Part shown: one piece after another, positions 26,987 through 37,994 of the stretch
Numbering within the stretch: position 1 is the first letter of the stretch
Layout: each line of letters starts with the position of its first letter
IMG/VR virus record: IMGVR_UViG_3300014204_000120
Span: 32,001 to 96,000 of that record
DNA: 64,000 bases
Origin: a virus
Lineage: Duplodnaviria > Caudoviricetes
Strand: one strand, 5' to 3'
Program-made: the position numbers and the translations under genes
Notes under the pieces: model-generated
Told to the model about the DNA's origin: nothing
The model's database searches: none
The model's input: only the letters and a program-made list of their open reading frames with translations

Positions 26987-27478
26987 ATGTTAGGTTATCA
27001 AAAATATCTTACAGAGATAGGTAAAGTTCAAGGTGTTTTTTTAACAACGCCTGAAGATTTGAATTCAGATTATATTAAAGTTATAGCTGATAGTGAGTTT
27101 GAAAAGGATATATCAGATAAAGATGCAGAAGAAATATTACAAAATGTGTTAAATAATCAAAAAGAATATAAATTACTTACTAAATCAATTGGTAATAATG
27201 TTTATCCTTTATATGATGAAATAATTAGAAAGGAAATTCAAAAGAAATATAATATAAAAAACAATATAAAAAATCAAGTTATGAGGCATTTAAGCGATGT
27301 GTTTAATGCATCTAATTGGCGTGAAGAAGCGGAAAAGGCTATTTATTGGTTTTTAAAGGATAATACCGGAAAGTATCAATATAATTCAGTATATGAACCA
27401 GATAATTCAAAACATAGTATAAGTGATGAAAGTCAATTAGCTAACGATATGTATGATGAAATAGGAACAGATTTTTAA
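26987..27478 (+). CDS. Hypothetical internal head protein
   Basis: Late promoter 26959; MLGYQKYLTE. Confidence 0.5.
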   Translation: MLGYQKYLTEIGKVQGVFLTTPEDLNSDYIKVIADSEFEKDISDKDAEEILQNVLNNQKEYKLLTKSIGNNVYPLYDEIIRKEIQKKYNIKNNIKNQVMRHLSDVFNASNWREEAEKAIYWFLKDNTGKYQYNSVYEPDNSKHSISDESQLANDMYDEIGTDF

Positions 27479-27489
27479 AGGAGAAAAAT

Positions 27490-27744
27490 ATGCCATTTCA
27501 TGAATTTGTAAAAGATGTTCAAAATGATTTTAATCAAGAAGCTATTCAAAATGCAAGTAAAGCTTTAGAATTGTTACAAAAAGCCAGTAGTTATTTAGGT
27601 GATGCAGCTTCAGCATGGGAAAATGCAGGTAATCAAACTGGTGATTTTATTCATTTTAAACAATTAGTAGATGAAATTATAATAACAGATAATGGAGAAG
27701 CCGGTTTAAAACCATTTGTAGCATCGTTTAAACAAGGAAAATAA
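27490..27744 (+). CDS. Small protein, paralog of 27746..27997
   Basis: Shared LLQ.AS..L..A...W and GEAGLK motifs. Confidence 0.55.
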   Translation: MPFHEFVKDVQNDFNQEAIQNASKALELLQKASSYLGDAASAWENAGNQTGDFIHFKQLVDEIIITDNGEAGLKPFVASFKQGK

Positions 27745-27745
27745 T

Positions 27746-27997
27746 ATGTCATTTCATAATTTTATAGTAGAAAAGTCAGAAGCCGGTAATGCTTTTAAAA
27801 TAGCTAAAGAAGCAATGTTATTATTACAAGAAGCTTCAGCTAAATTAGAATCAGCAGATATGGTATGGAAACAATCATTTGATGAATCTAGTATTTTTGA
27901 ACAGTATCAAAAAAGAATAGATGAAATGATATCTTCTAATCATGGTGAAGCAGGACTAAAAGCTGATATAGAAAACTTTTATAAAATGGAGTTCTAA
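27746..27997 (+). CDS. Small protein, paralog of 27490..27744
   Basis: MSFHNFIVE leader; HGEAGLK. Confidence 0.55.
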   Translation: MSFHNFIVEKSEAGNAFKIAKEAMLLLQEASAKLESADMVWKQSFDESSIFEQYQKRIDEMISSNHGEAGLKADIENFYKMEF

Positions 27998-27999
27998 TA

Positions 28000-28344
28000 A
28001 TGAGCTTTCAAGATTATTTAAAAAATATGGAAAACAAAGATAGAATTTTTAAAGTTAAAGATAGTTTTCCTGTATGGATTAATACTGGTGAAGTTAAAAA
28101 ATCAAATTATTATTATGGAAATACACAGATAATTTTGCCAGTTTTTGAAAAATATATAACAATGCCAGATGATGAAATACATATAAAACATGGAACCGGC
28201 TATATAATTAAAGGTGATGATCCTAGAAGTACGTTAATGGCTGTTTCATTAATTGAGCCTAAAAGTCCATTTGAAAAAGAATATAGATCACAATATATTA
28301 TGGATCAATTACCTGATGAAAAATATATTGAAGAAATAAAGTAA
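28000..28344 (+). CDS. Hypothetical protein
   Basis: MSFQDYLKNME leader. Confidence 0.5.
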   Translation: MSFQDYLKNMENKDRIFKVKDSFPVWINTGEVKKSNYYYGNTQIILPVFEKYITMPDDEIHIKHGTGYIIKGDDPRSTLMAVSLIEPKSPFEKEYRSQYIMDQLPDEKYIEEIK

Positions 28345-28361
28345 TTTTAAAGGAGAAAACA

Positions 28362-29309
28362 ATGTCATTTACACAATATTTGAAAGAATCTAGTCCTGGT
28401 CAAATTATGGTAAAGCAAGCAGAAAGTAAAAGAAAACAGATATATAAAAAGTATATGGTACAAGGTAATTCGTTTTCTCCTGTTGGTGAAATAGTTACTG
28501 AAAAAGTATTACCAGCCGGAATATATAGAATTCAAAATAGTATGGAAGGTATATTTTTTGAAATTCATGATGTTAATACTGATGATATTTTGAGATTTGA
28601 AGATAGTAGATATAATAGTATTTTACAAGAAATAGATAATTTTTGGAATTTAAAAGCAGACTTTACAAAATATGGGTTTACACATAAAAGAGGAGTCTTA
28701 CTTTTCGGGGAACCAGGTTCTGGAAAGAGTGCGTTGCTTAAGTTAGCTATGGCAGAAACTGTTGAAAAGAATAATATAGTACTTATTACAAAGGATGCGC
28801 ATACTTTAGTTAGTGGATTACGTGCATTACGTGAAGTTGAAAAAGAACGTAAAGTATTATGTATTATTGAAGATATAGATGAAATAATTAATTATGGTGG
28901 AGAACACGCTATTTTAGAGTTGTTTGATGGAGATTCACAGACAGATAACGTATTATTTTTAGCAACTACAAATTATATTCAAAAATTACCACCAAGAATA
29001 CTTAGAGCTTCACGTTTTGATAGAAAGATTAAAATAGATAATCCACCAACTGAAGGTAGATATGCGTATTTAAAAGCTAAGCTTAAAGAGAATATAGAGG
29101 ATGCTAAGATTCACGAGTTAGCAGAAAAGACAAAAGGATTATCTTTTGCACAATTAAGGGAGTTTGTTATATCTACATTTTGTTTAAAGCATGATGCTGA
29201 TAAGGTTATAGATAGGTTAAAAAATCATTTAGAGTCTAATTTATCAGAAGGCGATGAGTTTAAGAGATTTTTAGGTTCAAAAATGTTAGATGAAGGATTA
29301 AAGTTATAA
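28362..29309 (+). CDS. AAA+ ATPase
   Basis: Walker A GEPGSGKS, Walker B IIEDID, ATTN...SRFDR. Confidence 0.9.
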   Translation: MSFTQYLKESSPGQIMVKQAESKRKQIYKKYMVQGNSFSPVGEIVTEKVLPAGIYRIQNSMEGIFFEIHDVNTDDILRFEDSRYNSILQEIDNFWNLKADFTKYGFTHKRGVLLFGEPGSGKSALLKLAMAETVEKNNIVLITKDAHTLVSGLRALREVEKERKVLCIIEDIDEIINYGGEHAILELFDGDSQTDNVLFLATTNYIQKLPPRILRASRFDRKIKIDNPPTEGRYAYLKAKLKENIEDAKIHELAEKTKGLSFAQLREFVISTFCLKHDADKVIDRLKNHLESNLSEGDEFKRFLGSKMLDEGLKL

Positions 29310-29695
29310 TGAAATTTAATGATTATTATTATCAGGATCCATTAGAGTTTGTATCTATGGTGAACGATATGTTAAAGGAAGACATAGAGTTCACGTCTTC
29401 ATTGGATCCTATTTTTATAGCACGATTATCTAATTACCTTGAAAAACGATTTCCTTCATTTGGTGATTTTAATACAGCTATAGGTCTTGAGTTGCGTAAG
29501 TATATGAGTGGCGATAACAATCAAATTAAGAAGATGCAACGTAAAATTCATAATGTAATAAATAAAGCTAAAGAAAAGTTTTTACATAGCATAGAAGATA
29601 AATGTAATAAAATAAGAGCTGTTCCGACTGATAATATAACTGATACGCCACCAGTTACCATTGAGGAACCTATACAAAATGATCAGCTTTCTTAA
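29309..29695 (+). CDS. Hypothetical protein
   Basis: MKFNDYYYQD leader. Confidence 0.5.
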   Translation: MKFNDYYYQDPLEFVSMVNDMLKEDIEFTSSLDPIFIARLSNYLEKRFPSFGDFNTAIGLELRKYMSGDNNQIKKMQRKIHNVINKAKEKFLHSIEDKCNKIRAVPTDNITDTPPVTIEEPIQNDQLS

Positions 29696-30083
29696 TTACT
29701 ATGAATTAGACAAACCAACAAGAATTGAAATCGATCAAATTAATAATCTAAAGGACGATAAACTTTTCGTGTTAGTTTGTGGAGATAGTAATAAAGCAAC
29801 AGTCAGCGAGAAGTTTATACAACTTTCTGCTATTAATGCAGAAACCAATCAAATAAACGAAGAAATACAATCAGTTTTAAAAGGTAAAGAATCAATAATA
29901 CTAATTGAAAATAATGATATTGAAATAATAAAAGAAAGGTTATTATCCGCAAAAAAGAATTTTTTCACCACGATATACGTTTTAGTTGAAGCTATACAAT
30001 CCAAGCAAGATAATAAGATTATTTTAAATGAATTAATACAAAATAATACTTTAGTAGATTTCTATGTTTATTTGAAACGATAA
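29679..30083 (+). CDS. Hypothetical protein (track start 29661)
   Basis: MISFLNYYE leader. Confidence 0.45.
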   Translation: MISFLNYYELDKPTRIEIDQINNLKDDKLFVLVCGDSNKATVSEKFIQLSAINAETNQINEEIQSVLKGKESIILIENNDIEIIKERLLSAKKNFFTTIYVLVEAIQSKQDNKIILNELIQNNTLVDFYVYLKR

Positions 30084-30086
30084 ATA

Positions 30087-30115
30087 TTGACATTCACTAT
30101 AGAAAATGTTATTTT
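30087..30115 (+). promoter_or_regulatory. sigma70-type promoter of the glycan cluster
   Basis: TTGACA, 17 nt, TATTTT with extended -10 TG. Confidence 0.65.
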
Positions 30116-30137
30116 TGAATTGAAAGGATTTTATATA

Positions 30138-30938
30138 ATGATCAAAATTATAAGTGGTTGGTCAAACATAGGTGGTTCAACAATAGCTTTTATTAATTTA
30201 ACCAATGCTTTAAACGAAGCCGGTTATGAAGCTATGTTTTATGGACCACATCTATGGCACTTAAATCAATGTAAATCTGCACAATATAATCGTGGAAATA
30301 AGTTATCAGTTAATAAAGATGATACTTTAATAATTCATTTTATAAATTCCTTTAATAGTAGACCGCCTGTTAAAGGATTTTTCTTTTCTAGTCACGAGCA
30401 AGATATTTTTCCAATAAAGAACATTAATTATTCTATTTATGATAAGATACATTTCGTTAGTGAACATCAAAAACAGTATCATTTAGTAGAACATCCTTAT
30501 TTTATCATTCCAAATATATTAAATGATTTGAAACCTAATACTAAATCTAATAAGAAAATTGGCGGGATTATAGGTTCAATTGATAGAAATAAAAGGGTCG
30601 ATGAATCTATTAAAAGGGCTTTAGCAGACGGATGTGAACAAGTTTTAATTTATGGTGTTTTATCAGATCCTTGGTGTTGGCAAACTCAGATAGCTCCTTT
30701 AATCGATGGTAATAAAGTTATATATAAAGGAATTGAAGACGATAAACAAAAAATGTATGATTCTGTAACAGACGTTTATCATTCATCTATACTAGAAACG
30801 TGGGGTTATATTAAAGGAGAATGTAAATTAACAGGTACTAATTTTCACGGTAATAATTCAACTAACGGATACTGGGAACTAAGTAAAGACGAAATTGTTA
30901 AAAAATGGATAAAGGAATTAGAATATGATACAAAATAA
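30138..30938 (+). CDS. GT-B (GT4-like) glycosyltransferase (track start 30087)
   Basis: GGSTIAFINL, FVSEHQK, IGSIDRNK, SSILETWG; RBS GAAAGGA before 30138. Confidence 0.7.
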   Translation: MIKIISGWSNIGGSTIAFINLTNALNEAGYEAMFYGPHLWHLNQCKSAQYNRGNKLSVNKDDTLIIHFINSFNSRPPVKGFFFSSHEQDIFPIKNINYSIYDKIHFVSEHQKQYHLVEHPYFIIPNILNDLKPNTKSNKKIGGIIGSIDRNKRVDESIKRALADGCEQVLIYGVLSDPWCWQTQIAPLIDGNKVIYKGIEDDKQKMYDSVTDVYHSSILETWGYIKGECKLTGTNFHGNNSTNGYWELSKDEIVKKWIKELEYDTK

Positions 30939-31689
30939 TTTTAAAATAATTATACCTTCATATAATACTGCGCCGTGGATCCAAAAATGTATATGGTCAT
31001 TGCATAATCAAGCATATACTAATTGGAAATCTGTTATAATAGATGATGCTTCAACTGATAAAACATTAGAATATATTTTAAGTTTTATGAAAGATATTCC
31101 AGAGGCAGACAATTATAAAAGAAAGCAATATAGATTATTACAGAGAAATGTTAATGTTGGTGCTTTAGAAAATATAGTATATGGTATTAACTTAATATGT
31201 GATAATGATGAAGATATAATAGTTTTGTTAGATGGAGATGATTCATTATCTGCGCATGATGTATTAGAATATTTAAATGAAGTTTATCAAAATCAAAATA
31301 TATGGCTGACTTATGGTCAGTATATTCATATGTCTGATAATAAAACTCGTGGTATGAATAAACCTTTAACAATGAGTACTAGAGAATATAGAGATGGTAA
31401 AGAATATTGGTGTACATCTCATTTAAGAACATTTAAATATAAGGTATGGAAACAGTTAAAAGATGTTGATTTAAGAATGTCAAATGGAAAGTATTATCCT
31501 ATGGCGTGGGATTTAGCTATAATGTATCCTTTAGTTGAAATGTGTGGTAATAGAAGAATTCAGTTTATTAATAAGATAATGTATATTTATAATGATACGA
31601 ATCCTATAAGTGATGGTAAAAAAAATCCAATATATCAAATTAGTTTAGCCAGAGAAATTAAAAACAAACCAAAATATCCAGAATTATGA
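30925..31689 (+). CDS. GT2 glycosyltransferase
   Basis: IIIPSYN, IIDDASTD, LLDGDD. Confidence 0.9.
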   Translation: MIQNNFKIIIPSYNTAPWIQKCIWSLHNQAYTNWKSVIIDDASTDKTLEYILSFMKDIPEADNYKRKQYRLLQRNVNVGALENIVYGINLICDNDEDIIVLLDGDDSLSAHDVLEYLNEVYQNQNIWLTYGQYIHMSDNKTRGMNKPLTMSTREYRDGKEYWCTSHLRTFKYKVWKQLKDVDLRMSNGKYYPMAWDLAIMYPLVEMCGNRRIQFINKIMYIYNDTNPISDGKKNPIYQISLAREIKNKPKYPEL

Positions 31690-32756
31690 AAGTAGTAATT
31701 AATCGTACTGGTAAACCATTAAGATTTACTGAGTATAAGAAAGAAATACCGTGGGATGGTAAGCGATATATAGTTCCTGATAATATTGCTGAAAAATATC
31801 GAGGTTATTTAGAAGTTATTGATATTGATAAATCAAATGAAATAGATGGTTTAAAACATGAAATTAGAGAAGCTACTAAAAAATTAGGTATATTAACAGA
31901 CGAAAATAAAAACAAACAACATTTATTTGATAATTTAAAGAAGAATATTGTTGTACCTAAAATAGATTTTTTATATTCGTTTCATTTTAATGAAGATCAA
32001 AATGAAGCTATTAATAGACTTAAACATTCAATTAAGAGCATTATAAAACAAAATGTGAATGTGTGTGTTTGTAATACATCTAAGGATTGTATTTATAAAA
32101 AAATCAAAGGATTAGGTAATATAAAATATCATCATGAACCTTTAGATTTGAAAATGTATTGTAAGCCAACAACTATTAATATTGGGGTTAAACAATTAAT
32201 TAATTCAGATTATTTCTTTTTATCAGATATAGATTTATTTTATCATCCTGAATATGTGAATTGTATGGGTTTGTTTTGGATGAATAGATCTGTACCAGTT
32301 AGAGTAGTTGGATATAATAATAATTTAGGACCTTCTTCATATCCTTTAAATATAGAAGACTGTAAAAAAATATTTTTAAATAGTAAAGATAATTTTCGTA
32401 CTAAGGGAGGAATAGCACCGGGTAACGGATTGATACATAGAAAATCGTTTGATAAAATTTTAGGATTTGATGAAAGATATATAGGATATGGACCAGAAGA
32501 TGCAGACTTTAATTATCGTATTACAAAGATATGTAATTATATATCAGTAGACTTAGAAGAGTTAAATACATACCATTTTTTTCATAAAAACTTAACAGTA
32601 TCAACAATAGAACAAATTAATAATAGTATATTATATACTTATATAAAAGAAATCGACGCTGTAAAAAAATATGATATTATTAAATCAGGACAAATTATAA
32701 TACCTAAAAAATTATTAGCAGTTAATGAAGATACAATAAAGGAAATAATGATATGA
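31686..32756 (+). CDS. GT2/GT7-like glycosyltransferase
   Basis: LSDIDL; GFDERYIGYGPEDADF. Confidence 0.8.
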   Translation: MKVVINRTGKPLRFTEYKKEIPWDGKRYIVPDNIAEKYRGYLEVIDIDKSNEIDGLKHEIREATKKLGILTDENKNKQHLFDNLKKNIVVPKIDFLYSFHFNEDQNEAINRLKHSIKSIIKQNVNVCVCNTSKDCIYKKIKGLGNIKYHHEPLDLKMYCKPTTINIGVKQLINSDYFFLSDIDLFYHPEYVNCMGLFWMNRSVPVRVVGYNNNLGPSSYPLNIEDCKKIFLNSKDNFRTKGGIAPGNGLIHRKSFDKILGFDERYIGYGPEDADFNYRITKICNYISVDLEELNTYHFFHKNLTVSTIEQINNSILYTYIKEIDAVKKYDIIKSGQIIIPKKLLAVNEDTIKEIMI

Positions 32757-33586
32757 AAAAAATTACGTTTATCATATTAAGTTATAATAGACCTTGCCAA
32801 TTAGATGCAGCTATTAGTAGTATGAAAAAGTTTTTTATAAACTGGCAAAATCATAATATAGTTGTGTTGTATAGAAGTACTAATGATAAATTTAAACAAG
32901 GATATGAATTAGTTAAACAGCGTCATAATGATTTAATATATGTAGAAGAAAATAATTTTAGAATTAATATGGATTTTATTTTAAATACATATAAAACAGA
33001 TTACTTAGCAATGATGTGTGACGATGATATTTGGAAAGAATCTTTTAATACTGAAGATCATGACTTTCAGTTTTTTGATTTAAATAAAGATAAAGGTATT
33101 TGTTGTTTTTCTTTACGAATGCATCCTAGAATAAGTAAGTGTTATACTGCTGGAAATATTGATACACATCCACCAAAACAATTCTTACATGAAAATCCTT
33201 ATGTTTGGCAATGGACTAATGAAGAACTTAAAGGAGATTGGAATTATCCTAATTCAGTAGATTGTCATATTTTTGTGTATGATGATATGTATAATTTATT
33301 AATGAGGCGAGATATAGTCAGTGTAAGTCATATTGAAGTTATTATATCTCAGTTAGCTCCTAGAAGTATGAAACCTTTTATGGCTTGTTCAAATAAATCA
33401 GCTATTTTTAATATTCCGTTAAATGCAGTTCAAGAAATATGTAGAAATATCAATATGGGTATAACAATTAATTATTTAAATGAAATGTATTTAGAAGGAT
33501 ATATATTAGATACAGATACATATATTGGGATTGATAATATATCTCCTCATCAAGATCTTCCAATTAGTTTAAAAAGGATAGTATGA
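32753..33586 (+). CDS. GT-A fold glycosyltransferase
   Basis: IILSYNRP.QL, MCDDDI, WNYPNSVD. Confidence 0.7.
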   Translation: MKKITFIILSYNRPCQLDAAISSMKKFFINWQNHNIVVLYRSTNDKFKQGYELVKQRHNDLIYVEENNFRINMDFILNTYKTDYLAMMCDDDIWKESFNTEDHDFQFFDLNKDKGICCFSLRMHPRISKCYTAGNIDTHPPKQFLHENPYVWQWTNEELKGDWNYPNSVDCHIFVYDDMYNLLMRRDIVSVSHIEVIISQLAPRSMKPFMACSNKSAIFNIPLNAVQEICRNINMGITINYLNEMYLEGYILDTDTYIGIDNISPHQDLPISLKRIV

Positions 33587-34317
33587 ATATTGGTATTATT
33601 GGAGCTAATGGATTTGTTGGTAAAGAACTATCAAATGTTTTATCAAAAGATTATGAAGTATATGATATTACAAAAGATAATCAATCATATTTTTATGATA
33701 TGACGTTTGACGTTCTTATTAATGCTAATGGAAATAGTAAAAAATATTGGGCAAATCAAAATCCAATAGAAGATTTTGAATTAAGTACCAAATCTGTATA
33801 TGAATCAATAATAAATTTTAAGTTTAAAAAATATATTTATATATCATCAGTAGATGCTGAATTTAGTAGTACTCCTTATGGATTAAATAAAAGATTATCA
33901 GAAACAATAGTTAAAAATATATCTGATAATAAAAGTTATTTAATATTAAGATGTAGTGTGATTATTGGTAAAGAAATGAAAAAGGGTATACTTTATGATA
34001 TTTTAAATGATAAAGATGTATTTATATCTTCAGATTCTAAGTTACAATTTATTACAAATACAGAAATAGCTAATATTATAAATAAATTATTACAATTAAA
34101 TATATCAAATGAATGTATAGATATAAGCGGTAAATCAAATATAAGTGTTAGTGATATAGGTTTAATGTTAAATAAAAAAATTAATTATAAAGATAAATTA
34201 GAGCTACAATATTATTGTAATTCAACTTATAATTTAGAATTTTATTATAATAATATGAAAACATCAAAAGAATATATTTTGGAGGTTGCTAATGAAAGAA
34301 TGGCAGGATCAGTTTAA
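33583..34317 (+). CDS. NAD-dependent sugar epimerase/dehydratase
   Basis: GANGFVG, ISS, YGLNK. Confidence 0.85.
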   Translation: MNIGIIGANGFVGKELSNVLSKDYEVYDITKDNQSYFYDMTFDVLINANGNSKKYWANQNPIEDFELSTKSVYESIINFKFKKYIYISSVDAEFSSTPYGLNKRLSETIVKNISDNKSYLILRCSVIIGKEMKKGILYDILNDKDVFISSDSKLQFITNTEIANIINKLLQLNISNECIDISGKSNISVSDIGLMLNKKINYKDKLELQYYCNSTYNLEFYYNNMKTSKEYILEVANERMAGSV

Positions 34318-35407
34318 TCCGTTTAATTCAATGAAAGCATTGTATCATAAAGATCACTTAGAAGCTTGCGCTAAAGGTGAATATTTAACTCCTGTATGTG
34401 TAAGTATTGATCCTACTAATAAATGTAACTTCGATTGTATTTTTTGTAATTCGTTTAAAGCTGTTAGTGGTGGTAATGATACTATGTCAGAAGAGCATAT
34501 GGTTAAACTAGCAGATTTTTTAGGAGAATGGGGATCCGATAAACCAGAAGGTCATATTAAAGCGGCGTATATTACTGGTGGCGGTGAGCCTTTAATGAAT
34601 CCTGGTACTATGGCTTTAATAGAACAACTCAAACATAATCAAATACAATCAGCTGTTATTACTAATGGTACTTATTTAACGGATGAAAAAATAGATATAA
34701 TAGTTAAAAATTGTAGATGGATCGGTTTTTCTGTAGATGCTGTAACTAACGAAACATATAATAAAATGAAAGGGTTGCCTAATAATTCTAAAGTATTTGA
34801 TTTAGTTATAAACAATATAAGGAAGATTGTAAAGAGATCTAATGAATTAAATACTGGTTGTGATGTGTGCTTTAAATTTCTTTTACATCCGGTTAATATG
34901 AGTGAAGTTTATGAAGCTGCTTGTTTAGCTAGATCTATTGGTGTAAAAGATTTTCATTTAAGACCTATTAGGTATATAAACTTTGATAAGATAGATGAAA
35001 AAACTATTAATTTTAAGGATAATATAGAGTATATTAATAAACAATTTGATGAAGTACAAACATTAAATACTAATAGTTTTCATGTATATGGTGTTCGTCA
35101 TAAATTTAATCCAGATCTATCTATTAAGAAAAACTTTAGTAAATGTAGAATAATACCAATCGAACCTACTTTTGGTGCTGATGGGAATGTTCATACATGT
35201 TTTGATCATCGTAGTCAAGAAAATATGATATTATGTTCACATTATCCTGATGTAACTGAAATAGCTAAAGTTTGGAATACACAAAAACATAAAGATATAG
35301 TAAATAATATTAACGTTGAACAATGTCCCTCGTGTACGCTGAGTAGTCTGAATGAGGCGATCGAAAAAGTAATACTTAAAGATAATATGTGTATTAATTT
35401 TTTATGA
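34292..35407 (+). CDS. Radical SAM/SPASM protein (track start 34286)
   Basis: CNFDCIFC, GGGEP, ITNG, C-terminal cysteines. Confidence 0.9.
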   Translation: MKEWQDQFNPFNSMKALYHKDHLEACAKGEYLTPVCVSIDPTNKCNFDCIFCNSFKAVSGGNDTMSEEHMVKLADFLGEWGSDKPEGHIKAAYITGGGEPLMNPGTMALIEQLKHNQIQSAVITNGTYLTDEKIDIIVKNCRWIGFSVDAVTNETYNKMKGLPNNSKVFDLVINNIRKIVKRSNELNTGCDVCFKFLLHPVNMSEVYEAACLARSIGVKDFHLRPIRYINFDKIDEKTINFKDNIEYINKQFDEVQTLNTNSFHVYGVRHKFNPDLSIKKNFSKCRIIPIEPTFGADGNVHTCFDHRSQENMILCSHYPDVTEIAKVWNTQKHKDIVNNINVEQCPSCTLSSLNEAIEKVILKDNMCINFL

Positions 35408-35985
35408 GTAATTTTGCTATAGTATCAGATAATTGTTTTGGAACGTTAGTATATAATATACATTTTAATTTACAGTATACATCACCGTTTATTAATATGT
35501 TTATTCATACTCCTCATTATATTAGATTATTAGAAAATTTTTTTGATTATATGAAAGAGGATTTAAAGTTTATTAAATTTGAAGAATCTGAATATGCTAA
35601 TGATCCTTTAAAAGTTTATATTGTTGGTAAATTAAAAGATGTTGAAATATGTTTTCCTCATCCTCATATATATGCTAATGAAGAGGATGTTTATAATAGT
35701 TGGAATCGAAGAAAGGAACGCTTGCCATTAGATGAAAAACAAATATTATTTAAATTAGGAAGTATCTATACATATAATTATGTAAACTATGATAATTTTG
35801 AAGATCTATTAAAAAGATTTTACAATTTGAATTTTACTAATAAGATTTCGTTTACTCGTAAAAAATATGATTATATTAATAATTATGAAATATTACCAGA
35901 ACATTTTTGTAGATGTGACTTAAAAGGTAAAGAGTATTATAAATATTTTAATTTAAATCAATTAATGGGATATGAGATATTATAA
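35404..35985 (+). CDS. DUF1919-like polysaccharide biosynthesis protein
   Basis: IVSDNCFG...SPFINMF...WNRRKER. Confidence 0.7.
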   Translation: MSNFAIVSDNCFGTLVYNIHFNLQYTSPFINMFIHTPHYIRLLENFFDYMKEDLKFIKFEESEYANDPLKVYIVGKLKDVEICFPHPHIYANEEDVYNSWNRRKERLPLDEKQILFKLGSIYTYNYVNYDNFEDLLKRFYNLNFTNKISFTRKKYDYINNYEILPEHFCRCDLKGKEYYKYFNLNQLMGYEIL

Positions 35986-36551
35986 TGAAATCTGATGAAC
36001 TTAATAAAAAAAGATTAGATTTTCCATTAATAGATACAAGTATTGTAGTTAATATAGGTGGATATCATGGAGACTGGGCATATGACTTGTATAATAAGTA
36101 TAAATGTGAAATGTATATATATGAACCAGTAAATTCATTTTATAAAATATTAACTAAAAAATTTAAAAAAGATATTAAAGTTCATATATTTAATTATGGT
36201 TTATTAGATGAAGATAAAGAAATGAATATAGGATTACGAGAAGACGGAACATCAATATATAATACTGTAAACGTTGAAAATGTAAAGTTTAAAAATATTA
36301 GTAATATTATAAATGATTTAAAAAATATAGATTTGATGGAAATTAATGCTGAAGGTTCTGAATATTTAATATTAGATAAGATAATAAAAGATAATTTAAT
36401 TGATAAAGTAAATTATTATTTAATACAATTTCATCATAATGTGGAAAATACTAAAGAAAAAATAGATAATATTAGAAAACATTTAGAAATGACACATACA
36501 TGTTTATGGAATGCAGATTTGGTTTTTGAATGTTGGAAAAGGATTAAATAA
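35985..36551 (+). CDS. FkbM-family methyltransferase
   Basis: IGGYHG, YEPV, INAEGSEY, IQFH. Confidence 0.8.
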   Translation: MKSDELNKKRLDFPLIDTSIVVNIGGYHGDWAYDLYNKYKCEMYIYEPVNSFYKILTKKFKKDIKVHIFNYGLLDEDKEMNIGLREDGTSIYNTVNVENVKFKNISNIINDLKNIDLMEINAEGSEYLILDKIIKDNLIDKVNYYLIQFHHNVENTKEKIDNIRKHLEMTHTCLWNADLVFECWKRIK

Positions 36552-36553
36552 AT

Positions 36554-37393
36554 ATGCTTGAATTGAGATTGATTGATCGAAGTTTTATTAATTGCGGGCC
36601 TAGTTGTGGTACTGGGAATACTGGTAAATCTCCTAAGAAAATTGTCTGGAATACTCAAAAATCAATAGTTAAAGATGATATTGTGGTTTTTACAGACTAT
36701 TGTTTACACGAAGCAGCTCAATATACTAGTTCTAATAAAATAGCTTTGATTTTAGAGCCACCTTCTGTTATACCCCATATCTACCAGTGGATCGAGCAAA
36801 ATCATCAAATGTTCAATACTGTTTTAACATTTGATAAAGAATTATTAGATATTTCAAGTAAATTTGTGTTTAGTCCTAATGCTACTGGGCATTGGTTAAA
36901 AGATAATGATATTAAAATTCATAATAAAAATAAGTTAATATCAATGTTCGCTTCAAACAAAAGAACTACAGACGGGCATCAAATGCGTCATAAGATAGCT
37001 TCTAAGTATAAAGATAGTATAGATGGTTTATTTGGTAGAGGTTCTTATGGGTTTTTAGATGATAAGGCAGATGGATTAAGAGATTATAAGTATCATATAA
37101 CGGTTGAGAATACTAAGAAAGACTATTATTTTAGTGAAAAGCTTATAGATGCATTTTTAACAGGATGTGTGCCAGTTTATTATGGTTGCCCTAGTATTGG
37201 AAATTATTTTGATACTAGAGGTATGTTAATATTCAATACTTTGGAAGAGTTTGATATGATTAAAAAGAATTATATAGATCAAAATTATTATGAAGTTGCT
37301 TTAGAATCCGGTTATATACAGGATAATTTTAATAGAGCTATGAAATATTTGTATCCTGAAGATTATATGTTTGATATATTATTTAAGGAGTAA
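36554..37393 (+). CDS. GT10 (alpha-1,3-fucosyltransferase-like) glycosyltransferase
   Basis: DYKYHITVEN...YFSEKLIDAF..G.VPVYYG. Confidence 0.8.
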   Translation: MLELRLIDRSFINCGPSCGTGNTGKSPKKIVWNTQKSIVKDDIVVFTDYCLHEAAQYTSSNKIALILEPPSVIPHIYQWIEQNHQMFNTVLTFDKELLDISSKFVFSPNATGHWLKDNDIKIHNKNKLISMFASNKRTTDGHQMRHKIASKYKDSIDGLFGRGSYGFLDDKADGLRDYKYHITVENTKKDYYFSEKLIDAFLTGCVPVYYGCPSIGNYFDTRGMLIFNTLEEFDMIKKNYIDQNYYEVALESGYIQDNFNRAMKYLYPEDYMFDILFKE

Positions 37394-37397
37394 TTCT

Positions 37398-37943
37398 ATG
37401 GAAAAAGTATTTATTGATGGCGGGGCGCATTCTGGTGAGACTATTAAAGATTTATTAGATAAACGAAATGATATGTTAGGTAGTACTATTTATTTTTTTG
37501 AACCTAATAGAAGCTATGCAAATATACTATATAAAATTAAAGAATCTAATAAAAACTATAATATTGAAGTTATTATGAAAGCTTTATGGATTAAAAATGA
37601 AATATTAGATTTTTATACAATGACTAATGTTCATTTTGGTGATTTAGGTAATACGTTACTTAAAGAAAATAGATTGGAATTAGATAGAGAACATCCTAAT
37701 AAAGTTGAATGTATTAGTTTAAGTGATTTTATTATTGGGTTAAAAGATAAGTATATTGTTTTAAAATTAGATATTGAAGGTGCAGAATTTAAAGTAGTTC
37801 CTGATTTAATTGAGACTGGAGCTATTACTTTTGTTAAAGAACTATATATTGAATGGCATGATAGATTATATCTTAAAGAGAATTCACAACCATTAAAAGA
37901 TAGATTAACTAAAACTAATATTGTTTTACATTCTTGGGATTAA
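37398..37943 (+). CDS. FkbM-family methyltransferase (track start 37371)
   Basis: FIDGGAHSG, FEPN, LKLDIEGAEF, IEWH. Confidence 0.85.
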   Translation: MEKVFIDGGAHSGETIKDLLDKRNDMLGSTIYFFEPNRSYANILYKIKESNKNYNIEVIMKALWIKNEILDFYTMTNVHFGDLGNTLLKENRLELDREHPNKVECISLSDFIIGLKDKYIVLKLDIEGAEFKVVPDLIETGAITFVKELYIEWHDRLYLKENSQPLKDRLTKTNIVLHSWD

Positions 37944-37994
37944 AAATATTTGTGTAATGTAAAAGAAAATGTTATATTTGAAAGGTGAATTATT